From contig OZ024755.1 in assembly GCA_964016885.1 (NCBI GenBank), positions 31,372,001 through 31,436,000 on the forward strand: a stretch of 64,000 nt of DNA, given 5' to 3'. Positions 42,701 through 55,700 of the stretch are shown here, piece by piece. The notes beneath the pieces are model-generated. The model worked only from the letters and a program-made list of their open reading frames with translations. It had not been told where the DNA came from and searched no databases. Both the position numbers and the translations under genes were made by a program. How positions within the stretch are numbered: position 1 is the stretch's first letter; every line of letters begins with the position of its first letter. This DNA comes from Eledone cirrhosa. Its lineage: Eukaryota.

Positions 42701-45700
42701 TGTAGCAACCTTCTGAAGGAATTGTACCCCATGTATGGGATGTGTAGCAACCTTCTGAAGGACTTGTACCCATGTATGGGATGTGTAGCAACCTTCTGAA
42801 GGACTTGTACCCCATGTATGGGATATGTAGCAACCTTCTGAAGGACTTGAACCCCATGTATGGGATGTGCAGCAAGCTTCTGAAGGACTTGTACCACATG
42901 TATGGGATTTGTAGCAACCTCCTGAAGGACTTGAACCCCATGTATGGGATGTGTAACAACCTTCTGAAGGACTTGTACCCATGTATGGGATGTGTAGCAA
43001 CCTTCTGAAGAACTTGTACCCCATGTATGGGATATGTAGCAACCTTCTGAAGGACTTGAACCCCATGTATGGGATGTGCAGCAAGCTTCTGAAGGACTTG
43101 TACCACATGTATGGGATTTGTAGCAACCTCCTGAAGAACTTGAACCCCATGTATGGGATATGTAGCAACCTTCTGAAGGACTTGAGCCCCATGTATGGGA
43201 TATGTAGCAACCTTCTGAAGGACTTGAGCCCCATGTATGGGATGTGTAGCAACCTTCTGAAGGACTTGTACCCCATGTATGTGATGTGTAGCAACCTTCT
43301 GAAGGACTTGTACCCAATGTATGGGATGTGTAGCAACCTTCTGAAGGACTTGTACCCCATGTATGGGATATGTAGCAACCTTCTGAAGAACATGTACCCC
43401 ATGTATGGGATATGTAGCAACCTTCTGAAGGACTTGAGCCCCATGTATGGGATGTGTAGCAACCTTCTGAAGGACTTGTACCCCATGTATGTGATGTGTA
43501 ACAACCTTCTGAAGGACTTGTACCCCATGTATGGGATGTGCAGCAACCTTCTGAAGGACTTGTACCCCATGTATGGGATGTGTAGCAACCTTCTGAAGGA
43601 CTTGAACCCCATGTATGGGATGTGCAGCAACCTTCTGAAGGACTTGTACCCCATGTATGGGATGTGCAGCAACCTTCTGAAGGACTTGAACCCCATGTAT
43701 GGGATGTGTAGCAACCTTCTGAAGGACTTGTACCCCATGTATGGGATGTGCAGCAACCTTCTGAAGGACTTGTACCCCATGTATGGGATGTGCAGCAACC
43801 TTCTGAAGGACTTGTACCCCATGTATGGGATGTGTAGCAACCTTCTGAAGGACTTGTACCCCATGTATGGGATGTGCAGCAACCTTCTGAAGGACTTGTA
43901 CCCCATGTATGGGATGTGCAGCAACCTTCTGAAGGACTTGTACACCATGTATGGGATGTGTAGCAACCTTCTGAAGGACTTGAACCCCATGTATGGGATG
44001 TGTAGCAACCTTCTGAAGGACTTGTAAACCATGTATTGGATGTGTAGCAACCTTCTGAAGGACTTGTACCCCATGTATGGGATGTGTAGCAACCTTCTGA
44101 AGGACTTGTACCCCATGTATGGGATGTGTAGCAACCTTCTGAAGGTCTTGTACCCCATGTATGGGATGTCCAGCAACCTTCTGAAGGACTTGTACCCCAT
44201 GTATCGGATGTGTAGCAACCTTCTGAAGGACTTGTAATCCATGTATGGGATGTGTAGCAACCTTCTGAAGGACTTGTACCCCATGTATGGGATGTGTAGC
44301 AACCTTCTGAAGGACTTGTACCCCATGTATGGGATGTGTAGCAACCTTCTGAAGGTCTTGTACCCCATGTATGGGATGTGTAGCAACCTTCTGAAGAACT
44401 TGTACCCCATGTATGGGATATGTAGCAACCTTCTGAAGGACTTGTACCCCATGTATGGGATTTGTAGCAACCTTCGGAATGACTTGTACCCCATGTATGG
44501 GATGTGTAGCAACCTTCTGAAGGACTTGTACCCATGTATGGGATGTGCAGCAACCTTCTGAAGGACTTGTACCCCATGTATGGGATGTGCAGCAACCTTC
44601 TGAAGGACTTGTACCCCATGTATGGGATGTGTAGCAACCTTCTGAAGGACTTCTACCCCATGTATGGGATGTGTAGCAACCTTCTGAAGGTCTTGAACCC
44701 CATGTATGGGATGTGTAGCAACCTTCTGAAGGACTTGTACCCCATGTATGGGATATGTAGCAACCTTCTGAAGGACTTGTACCCAATGTATGGGATTTGT
44801 AGCAACCTTCTGAAGGACTTGTACCCCATGTATGGGATGTGCAGCAACCTTCTGAAGGACTTGTACCCCATGTATGGGATGTGTAGCAACCTTCTGAAGG
44901 ATTGTACCCCATGTATGGGATGTGTAGCAACCTTCTGAAGGACTTGTACCCACGTATGGGATTTGTAGCAACCTTCTGAAGGACTTATACCCCATGTATG
45001 GGATGTGTAGCAACCTTCTGAAGGACTTGTACCCCATGTATGGGATGTGTAGCAACCTTCTGAAGGACTTGTACCCCATGTATGGGATTTGTAGCAACCT
45101 TCTGAAGGACTTGTACCCCATGTTTGGGATGTGTAGCAACCTTCTGAAGGACTTGTACCCCATGTATGGGATGTGTAGCAACCTTCTGAAGGAATTGTAC
45201 CCATGTATGGGATGTGCAGCAACCTTCTGAAGGACTTGTACCCCATGTATGGGATGTGCAGCAACCTTCTGAAGGATTGTACCCCATGTATGGGATGTGT
45301 AGCAACCTTCTGACGGACTTGTACCCCATGTATGGGATGTGCAGCAACCTTCTGAAGGACTTGTACCCCATGTATGGGATGTGTAGCAACCTTCTGAAGG
45401 ACTTGTACCCCATGTATGGGATGTGCAGCAACATTCTGAAGGACTTGTACCCCATGAATGGGATATGTAGCAACGTTCTGAAGGACTTGTACCCATGTAT
45501 GGGATGTGTAGCAACCTTCTGAAGGACTTGTACCCATGTATGGGATGTGTAGCAACCTTCTGAAGGACTTGTACCCCATGTATGGGATATGTAGCAACCT
45601 TCTGAAGAACATGTACCCCATGTGTGGGATATGTAGCAACCTTCTGAAGGACTTGAGCCCCATGTATGGGATGTGTAGCAACCTTCTGAAGGACTTGTAC

Positions 45701-48700
45701 CCCATGTATGTGATGTGTAACAACCTTCTGAAGGACTTGTACCCCATGTATGGGATGTGCAGCAACCTTCTGAAGGACTTGTACCCCATGTATGGGATGT
45801 GTAGCAATCTTCTGAAGGACTTGTACCCCATGTATGGGATGTATAGCAACCTTCTGAAGGACTTGTACCCCATGTATGGGATGTGCAGCAACCTTCTGAA
45901 GGACTTGTACCCCATGTATGGGATGTGCAGCAACCTTCTGAAGGACTTGTACCCCATGTATGGGATGTGTAGCAACCTTCTGAAGGACTTGTACCCCATG
46001 TATGGGATGTGCAGCAACATTCTGAAGGACTTGTACCCCATGTATGGGATGTGCAGCAACCTTCTGAAGGACTTGTACCCCATGTATGGGATGTGTAGCA
46101 ACCTTCTGAAGGACTTGTACCCCATGTATGGGATGTGTAGCAACCTTCTGAAGGACTTGTACTCCATGTATGGGATGTGTAGCAACCTTCTGAAGGACTT
46201 GTACCCCATGTATGGGATGTGTAGCAACCTTCTGAAGGACTTGTACCCCATGTATGGGATGTGTAGCAACCTTCTGAAGGACTTGTACTCCATGTATGGG
46301 ATGTGTAGCAACCTTCTGAAGGACTTGTACCCCATGTATGGGATGTGTAGCAACCTTCTGAAGGACTTGTACCCCATGTATGGGATGTGCAGCAACCTTC
46401 TGAAGGACTTGTACCCCATGTATGGGATGTGCAGCAACCTTCTGAAGGACTTGTACACCATGTATGGGATGTGTAGCAACCTTCTGAAGGACTTGAACCC
46501 CATGTATGGGATGTGTAGCAACCTTCTGAAGGACTTGTACCCCATGTATGGGATGTGCAGCAACCTTCTGAAGGACTTGTACCCCATGTATGGGATGTGT
46601 AGCAACCTTCTGAAGGACTTGTACCCCATGTATGGGATGTGTAGCAACCTTCTGAAGGACTTGTACTCCATGTATGGGATGTGTAGCAACCTTCTGAAGG
46701 ACTTGTACCCCATGTATGGGATGTGTAGCAACCTTCTGAAGGACTTGTACCCCATGTATGGGATGTGTAGCAACCTTCTGATGGACTTGTACTCCATGTA
46801 TGGGATGTGTAGCAACCTTCTGAAGGACTTGTACCCCATGTATGGGATGTGTAGCAACCTTCTGAAGGACTTGTACCCCATGTATGGGATGTGCAGCAAC
46901 CTTCTGAAGGACTTGTACCCCATGTATGGGATGTGCAGCAACCTTCTGAAGGACTTGTACACCATGTATGGGATGTGTAGCAACCTTCTGAAGGACTTGA
47001 ACCCCATGTATGGGATGTGTAGCAACCTTCTGAAGGACTTGTACCCCATGTATGGGATGTGCAGCAACCTTCTAAAGAAATTGTACCCCATGTATGGGAT
47101 GTGTAGCAACCATCTGAAGGACTTGTACCCCATGTATGGGATGTGTAGCAACCTTCTGAAGGACTTGTACCCCATGTATGGGATGTGTAGCAACCTTCTG
47201 AAGGACTTGTACCCATGTATGGGATTTGTAGCAACCTTCTGAAGGACTTGTACCCCATGTATGGGATGTGTAGCAACCTTCTGAAGGACTTGTACCCCAT
47301 GTATGGGATGTGCAGCAACCTTCTGAAGGACTTGTACCCCATGTATGGGATGTGTAGCAACCATCTGAAGGACTTGTACCCCATGTATTGGATGTGTAGC
47401 AACCTTCTGAAGGACTTGTACCCATGTATGGGATTTGTAGCAACCTTCTGAAGGACTTGTACCCCATGTATGGGATGTGCAGCAACCTTCTGAAGGACTT
47501 GTACCCCATGTATGGGATGTGTAGCAACCTTCTGAAGGACTTGTACCCCATGTATGGGATGTGTAGCAACCTTCTGAAGGACTTGTACCCCATGTATGGG
47601 ATATGTAGCAACCTTCTGAAGGACTTGTACCCATGTATGGGATGTGCAGCAAGCTTCTGAAGGACTTGTACCACATGTATGGGATTTGTAGCAACCTCCT
47701 GAAGGACTTGAACCCCATGTATGGGATGTGTAACAACCTTCTGAAGGACTTGTACCCATGTATGGGATGTGTAGCAACCTTCTGAAGGAATTGTACCCCA
47801 TGTATGGGATGTGTAGCAACCTTCTGAAGGAATTGTACCCCATGTATGGGATGTGTAGCAACCTTCTGAAGGACTTGTACCCATGTATGGGATGTGTAGC
47901 AACCTTCTGAAGGACTTGTACCCCATGTATGGGATATGTAGCAACCTTCTGAAGGACTTGAACCCCATGTATGGGATGTGCAGCAAGCTTCTGAAGGACT
48001 TGTACCACATGTATGGGATTTGTAGCAACCTCCTGAAGGACTTGAACCCCATGTATGGGATGTGTAACAACCTTCTGAAGGACTTGTACCCATGTATGGG
48101 ATGTGTAGCAACCTTCTGAAGAACTTGTACCCCATGTATGGGATATGTAGCAACCTTCTGAAGGACTTGAACCCCATGTATGGGATGTGCAGCAAGCTTC
48201 TGAAGGACTTGTACCACATGTATGGGATTTGTAGCAACCTCCTGAAGAACTTGAACCCCATGTATGGGATATGTAGCAACCTTCTGAAGGACTTGAGCCC
48301 CATGTATGGGATATGTAGCAACCTTCTGAAGGACTTGAGCCCCATGTATGGGATGTGTAGCAACCTTCTGAAGGACTTGTACCCCATGTATGTGATGTGT
48401 AGCAACCTTCTGAAGGACTTGTACCCAATGTATGGGATGTGTAGCAACCTTCTGAAGGACTTGTACCCCATGTATGGGATATGTAGCAACCTTCTGAAGA
48501 ACATGTACCCCATGTATGGGATATGTAGCAACCTTCTGAAGGACTTGAGCCCCATGTATGGGATGTGTAGCAACCTTCTGAAGGACTTGTACCCCATGTA
48601 TGTGATGTGTAACAACCTTCTGAAGGACTTGTACCCCATGTATGGGATGTGCAGCAACCTTCTGAAGGACTTGTACCCCATGTATGGGATGTGTAGCAAC

Positions 48701-49707
48701 CTTCTGAAGGACTTGAACCCCATGTATGGGATGTGCAGCAACCTTCTGAAGGACTTGTACCCCATGTATGGGATGTGCAGCAACCTTCTGAAGGACTTGA
48801 ACCCCATGTATGGGATGTGTAGCAACCTTCTGAAGGACTTGTACCCCATGTATGGGATGTGCAGCAACCTTCTGAAGGACTTGTACCCCATGTATGGGAT
48901 GTGCAGCAACCTTCTGAAGGACTTGTACCCCATGTATGGGATGTGTAGCAACCTTCTGAAGGACTTGTACCCCATGTATGGGATGTGCAGCAACCTTCTG
49001 AAGGACTTGTACCCCATGTATGGGATGTGCAGCAACCTTCTGAAGGACTTGTACACCATGTATGGGATGTGTAGCAACCTTCTGAAGGACTTGAACCCCA
49101 TGTATGGGATGTGTAGCAACCTTCTGAAGGACTTGTAAACCATGTATTGGATGTGTAGCAACCTTCTGAAGGACTTGTACCCCATGTATGGGATGTGTAG
49201 CAACCTTCTGAAGGACTTGTACCCCATGTATGGGATGTGTAGCAACCTTCTGAAGGTCTTGTACCCCATGTATGGGATGTCCAGCAACCTTCTGAAGGAC
49301 TTGTACCCCATGTATCGGATGTGTAGCAACCTTCTGAAGGACTTGTAATCCATGTATGGGATGTGTAGCAACCTTCTGAAGGACTTGTACCCCATGTATG
49401 GGATGTGTAGCAACCTTCTGAAGGACTTGTACCCCATGTATGGGATGTGTAGCAACCTTCTGAAGGTCTTGTACCCCATGTATGGGATGTGTAGCAACCT
49501 TCTGAAGAACTTGTACCCCATGTATGGGATATGTAGCAACCTTCTGAAGGACTTGTACCCCATGTATGGGATTTGTAGCAACCTTCGGAATGACTTGTAC
49601 CCCATGTATGGGATGTGTAGCAACCTTCTGAAGGACTTGTACCCATGTATGGGATGTGCAGCAACCTTCTGAAGGACTTGTACCCCATGTATGGGATGTG
49701 CAGCAAC
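39420..49707. repeat. Tandem duplication of a 5,111-bp block (122 monomers, 13 of them 41 bp): 39420-44530 and 44531-49641
   Basis: ORF pairs are offset by 5,111 (39883/44994, 40425/45536, 42981/48092, 44241/49352). Rare variants CCCACGTAT, ATGTTTGGG and AACGTTCTG are shared. Two internal differences were seen (T40865/C45976, A41671/T46782). Confidence 0.93.
40930..41960. repeat. Nested 504-bp (12-monomer) tandem duplication, also present 5,111 bp downstream
   Basis: The variant series TACTCC, TACTCC, TACACC, TGAACC occurs twice with a 504-bp offset (T at 41052 and 41556). Boundaries are approximate. Confidence 0.8.
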
Positions 49708-52700
49708 ATTCTGAAGGACTTGTACCCCATGAATGGGATATGTAGCAACCTTCTGAAGGACTTGTACCCCATGTATGGGATGTGCAGCAACCTTCTGAAG
49801 GATTGTACCCCATGTATGGGATTTGTAGCAACCTTCTGAAGGACTTGTACCCCATGTATGGGATGTGTAGCAACCTTCTGAAGGACTTGTACCCCATGTA
49901 TGGGATGTGCAGCAACATTCTGAAGGACTTGTACCCCATGAATGGGATATGTAGCAACCTTCTGAAGGAATTGTACCCATGTATGGGATGTGTAGCAACC
50001 TTCTGAAGGACTTGTACCCATGTATGTGATGTGTAGCAACCTTCTGAAGGACTTGTACCCCATGTATGGGATATGTAGCAACCTTCTGAAGAACATGTAC
50101 CCCATGTGTGGGATATGTAGCAACCTTCTGAAGGACTTGAGCCCCATGTATGGGATGTGTAGCAACCTTCTGAAGGACTTGTACCCCATGTATGTGATGT
50201 GTAACAACCTTCTGAAGGACTTGTACCCCATGTATGGGATGTGCAGCAACCTTCTGAAGGACTTGTACCCCATGTATGGGATGTGTAGCAACCTTCTGAA
50301 GGACTTGAACCCCATGTATGGGATGTGCAGCAACCTTCTGAAGGACTTGTACCCCATGTATGGGATGTGTAGCAACCTTCTGAAGGACTTGTACCCAATG
50401 TATGGGATGTGTAGCAACCTTCTGAAGGACTTGTACCCCATGTATGGGATATGTAGCAACCTTCTGAAGAACATGTACCCCATGTGTGGGATATGTAGCA
50501 ACCTTCTGAAGGACTTGAGCCCCATGTATGGGATGTGTAGCAACCTTCTGAAGGACTTGTACCCCATGTATGTGATGTGTAACAACCTTCTGAAGGACTT
50601 GTACCCCATGTATGGGATGTGTAGCAACCTTCTGAAGGACTTGTACCCCATGTATGGGATGTGCAGCAACCTTCTGAAGGACTTGTACTCCATGTATGGG
50701 ATGTGTAGCAACCTTCTGAAGGACTTGTACCCAATGTATGGGATGTGTAGCAACCTTCTGAAGGACTTGTACCCCATGTATGGGATGTGTAGCAACCTTC
50801 TGAAGGACTTGTACCCTATGTATGGGATGTGTAGCAACCTTCTGAAGGACTTGTACCCCATGTATGGGATGTGTAGCAACCTTCTGAAGGACTTGTACCC
50901 CATGTATGGGATGTGCAGCAACCTTCTGAAGGACTTGTACCCCATGTATGGGATGTGCAGCAACCTTCTGAAGGACTTGTACCCCATGTATGGGATGTGT
51001 AGCAACCTTCTGAAGGACTTGTACCCCATGTATGGGATGTGCAGCAACCTTCTGAAGGACTTGTACACCATGTATGGGATGTGCAGCAACCTTCTGAAGG
51101 ACTTGTACCCCATGTATGGGATGTGTAGCAACCTTCTGAAGGACTTGTACCCCATGTATGGGATGTGCAGCAACCTTCTGAAGGACTTGTACCCCATGTA
51201 TGGGATGTGCAGCAACCTTCTGAAGGACTTGTACACCATGTATGGGATGTGCAGCAACCTTCTGAAGGACTTGTACCCCATGTATGGGATGTGTAGCAAC
51301 CTTCTGAAGGACTTGTACCCCATGTATGGGATGTGTAGCAACCTTCTGAAGGACTTGAACCCCATGTATGGGATGTGCAGCAACCTTCTGAAGGACTTGA
51401 ACCCCATGTATGGGATGTGCAGCAACCTTCTGAAGGACTTGTACACCATGTATGGGATGTGTAGCAACCTTCTGAAGGACTTGTACCCCATGTATGGGAT
51501 GTGTAGCAACCTTCTGAAGGACTTGAACCCCATGTATGGGATGTGCAGCAACCTTCTGAAGGACTTGAACCCCATGTATGGGATGTGCAGCAACCTTCTG
51601 AAGGACTTGTACACCATGTATGGGATGTGTAGCAACCTTCTGAAGGACTTGTACCCCATGTATGGGATGTGTAGCAACCTTCTGAAGGACTTGTACCCCA
51701 TGTATGGGATGTGTAGCAACCTTCTGAAGGACTTGTACCCCATGTATGGGATGTGTAGCAACCTTCTGAAGGACTTGAACCCCATGTATGGGATGTGCAG
51801 CAACCTTCTGAAGGACTTGAACCCCATGTATGGGATGTGTAGCAACCTTCTGAAGGACTTGAACCCCATGTATGGGATGTGTAGCAACCTTCTGAAGGAC
51901 TTGAACCCCATGTATGGGATGTGCAGCAACCTTCTGAAGGACTTGTACCCCATGTATGGGATGAGTAGCAACCTTCTAAAGAAGTTGTACCCCATGAATG
52001 GGATATGTAGCAACCTCCTGAAGGACTTGTACCCCATGTATGGGATGTGCAGCAACATTCTGAAGGACTTGTACCCCATGAATGGGATATGTAGCAACCT
52101 TCTGAAGGACTTGTACCCCATGTATGGGATTTGTAGCAACCTTCTGAAGGACTTGTACCCATGTATGGGATATGTAGCAACCTTCTGAAGGACTTGAACC
52201 CCATGTATGGGATGTGCAGCAACCTTCTGAAGGACTTGTACCCCATGTATGGGATTTGTAGCAACCTTCTGAAGGACTTGTACCCCATGTATGGGATGTG
52301 CAGCAACCTTCTGAAGGACTTGTACCCATGTATGGGATATGTAGCAACCTTCTGAAGGACTTGAACCCCATGTATGGGATGTGCAGCAACCTTCTGAAGG
52401 ACTTGTACCCCATGTATGGGATTTGTAGCAACCTTCTGAAGGACTTGTACCCATGTATGGGATATGTAGCAACCTTCTGAAGGACTTGTACCCCATGTAT
52501 GGGATGTGCAGCAACCTTCTGAAGGACTTGTACCCCATGTATGGGATTTGTAGCAACCTTCTGAAGGACTTGTACCCCATGTATGGGATGTGTAGCAACC
52601 TTCTGAAGGACTTGTACCCCATGTATGGGATGTGTAGCAACCTTCTGAAGGACTTGAGCCCCATGTATGGGATGTGTAGCAACCTTCTGAAGGACTTGTA

Positions 52701-55700
52701 CCCCATGTATGTGATGTGTAACAACCTTCTGAAGGACTTGTACCCCATGTATGGGATGTGTAGCAACCTTCTGAAGGACTTGTACCCAATGTATGGGATG
52801 TGTAGCAACCTTCTGAAGGACTTGTACCCCATGTATGGGATGTGTAGCAACCTTCTGAAGGACTTGTACCCTATGTATGGGATGTGTAGCAACCTTCTGA
52901 AGGACTTGTACCCCATGTATGGGATGTGTAGCAACCTTCTGAAGAACATGTACCCCATGTATGGGATGTGTAGCAACCTTCTGAAGGACTTGTACCCTAT
53001 GTATGGGATGTGTAACAACCTTCTGAAGAACATGTACCCCATGTATGGGATGTGTAGCAACCTTCTGAAGGACTTGTACCCAATGTATGGGATGTGTAGC
53101 AACCTTCTGAAGGACTTGTACCCCATGTATGGGATGTGTAGCAACCTTCTGAAGGACTTGTACCCTATGTATGGGATGTGTAGCAACCTTCTGAAGGACT
53201 TGTACCCCATGTATGGGATGTGTAGCAACCTTCTGAAGGACTTGTACCCCATGTATGGGATGTGCAGCAACCTTCTGAAGGACTTGTACCCCATGTATGG
53301 GATGTGCAGCAACCTTCTGAAGGACTTGTACCCCATGTATGGGATGTGTAGCAACCTTCTGAAGGACTTGTACCCCATGTATGGGATGTGCAGCAACCTT
53401 CTGAAGGACTTGTACACCATGTATGGGATGTGCAGCAACCTTCTGAAGGACTTGTACCCCATGTATGGGATGTGTAGCAACCTTCTGAAGGACTTGTACT
53501 CCATGTATGGGATGTGCAGCAACCTTCTGAAGGACTTGTACCCCATGTATGGGATGTGTAGCAACCTTCTGAAGGACTTGTACCCCATGTATGGGATGTG
53601 CAGCAACCTTCTGAAGGACTTGTACACCATGTATGGGATGTGCAGCAACCTTCTGAAGGACTTGTACCCCATGTATGGGATGTGTAGCAACCTTCTGAAG
53701 GACTTGTACCCCATGTATGGGATGTGCAGCAACCTTCTGAAGGACTTGTACACCATGTATGGGATGTGTAGCAACCTTCTGAAGGACTTGAACCCCATGT
53801 ATGGGATGTGTAGCAACCTTCTGAAGGACTTGAACCCCATGTATGGGATGTGTAGCAACCTTCTGAAGGACTTGAACCCCATGTATGGGATGTGCAGCAA
53901 CCTTCTGAAGGACTTGTACCCCATGTATGGGATGAGTAGCAACCTTCTGAAGAACTTGTACCCCATGAATGGGATATGTAGCAACCTTCTGAAGGACTTG
54001 TACCCCATGTATGGGATGTGTAGCAACCTCCTGAAGGACTTGTACCCCATGTATGGGATGTGCAGCAACATTCTGAAGGACTTGTACCCCATGTATGGGA
54101 TGTGTAGCAACCTCCTGAAGGACTTGTACCCCATGTATGGGATGTGCAGCAACCTTCTGAAGGACTTGTACCCATGTATGGGATATGTAGCAACCTTCTG
54201 AAGGACTTGTACCCATGTATGGGATATGTAGCAACCTTCTGAAGGACTTGTACCCCATGTATGGGATGTGCAGCAACCTTCTGAAGGACTTGTACCCATG
54301 TATGGGATATGTAGCAACCTTCTGAAGGACTTGAACCCCATGTATGGGATGTGCAGCAACCTTCTGAAGGACTTGTACCCCATGTATGGGATTTGTAGCA
54401 ACCTTCTGAAGGACTTGTACCCCATGTATGGGATGTGCAGCAACCTTCTGAAGGACTTGTACCCCATGTATGGGATGTGTAGCAACCTTCTGAAGGACTT
54501 GTACCCCATGTATGGGATATGTAGCAACCTTCTGAAGGACTTGAACCCCATGTATGGGATGTGCAGCAACCTTCTGAAGGACTTGTACCCCATGTATGGG
54601 ATTTGTAGCAACCTTCTGAAGGACTTGTACCCCATGTATGGGATGTGCAGCAACCTTCTGAAGGACTTGAACCCCATGTATGGGATGTGCAGCAACCTTC
54701 TGAAGGACTTGTACCCCATGTATGGGATTTGTAGCAACCTTCTGAAGGACTTGTACCCCATGTATGGGATGTGCAGCAACCTTCTGAAGGACTTGTACCC
54801 CATGTATGGGATGTGTAGCAACCTTCTGAAGGACTTGTACCCCATGTATGGGATATGTAGCAACCTTCTGAAGGACTTGAACCCCATGTATGGGATGTGC
54901 AGCAAGCTTCTGAAGGACTTGTACCACATGTATGGGATTTGTAGCAACCTCCTGAAGGACTTGAACCCCATGTATGGGATGTGTAACAACCTTCTGAAGG
55001 ACTTGTACCCATGTATGGGATGTGTAGCAACCTTCTGAAGGACTTGTACCCCATGTATGGGATATGTAGCAACCTTCTGACGGACTTGAACCCCATGTAT
55101 GGGATGTGCAGCAAGCTTCTGAAGGACTTGTACCACATGTATGGGATTTGTAGCAACCTCCTGAAGAACTTGAACCCCATGTATGGGATATGTAGCAACC
55201 TTCTGAAGGACTTGAGCCCCATGTATGGGATATGTAGCAACCTTCTGAAGGACTTGAGCCCCATGTATGGGATGTGTAGCAACCTTCTGAAGGACTTGTA
55301 CCCCATGTATGTGATGTGTAGCAACCTTCTGAAGGACTTGTACCCAATGTATGGGATGTGTAGCAACCTTCTGAAGGACTTGTACCCCATGTATGGGATA
55401 TGTAGCAACCTTCTGAAGAACATGTACCCCATGTATGGGATATGTAGCAACCTTCTGAAGGACTTGAGCCCTATGTATGGGATGTGTAGCAACCTTCTGA
55501 AGGACTTGTACCCCATGTATGTGATGTGTAACAACCATCTGAAGGACTTGTACCCCATGTATGGGATGTGCAGCAACCTTCTGAAGGACTTGTACCCCAT
55601 GTATGGGATGTGTAGCAACCTTCTGAAGGACTTGAACCCCATGTATGGGATGTGCAGCAACCTTCTGAAGGACTTGTACCCCATGTATGGGATGTGCAGC

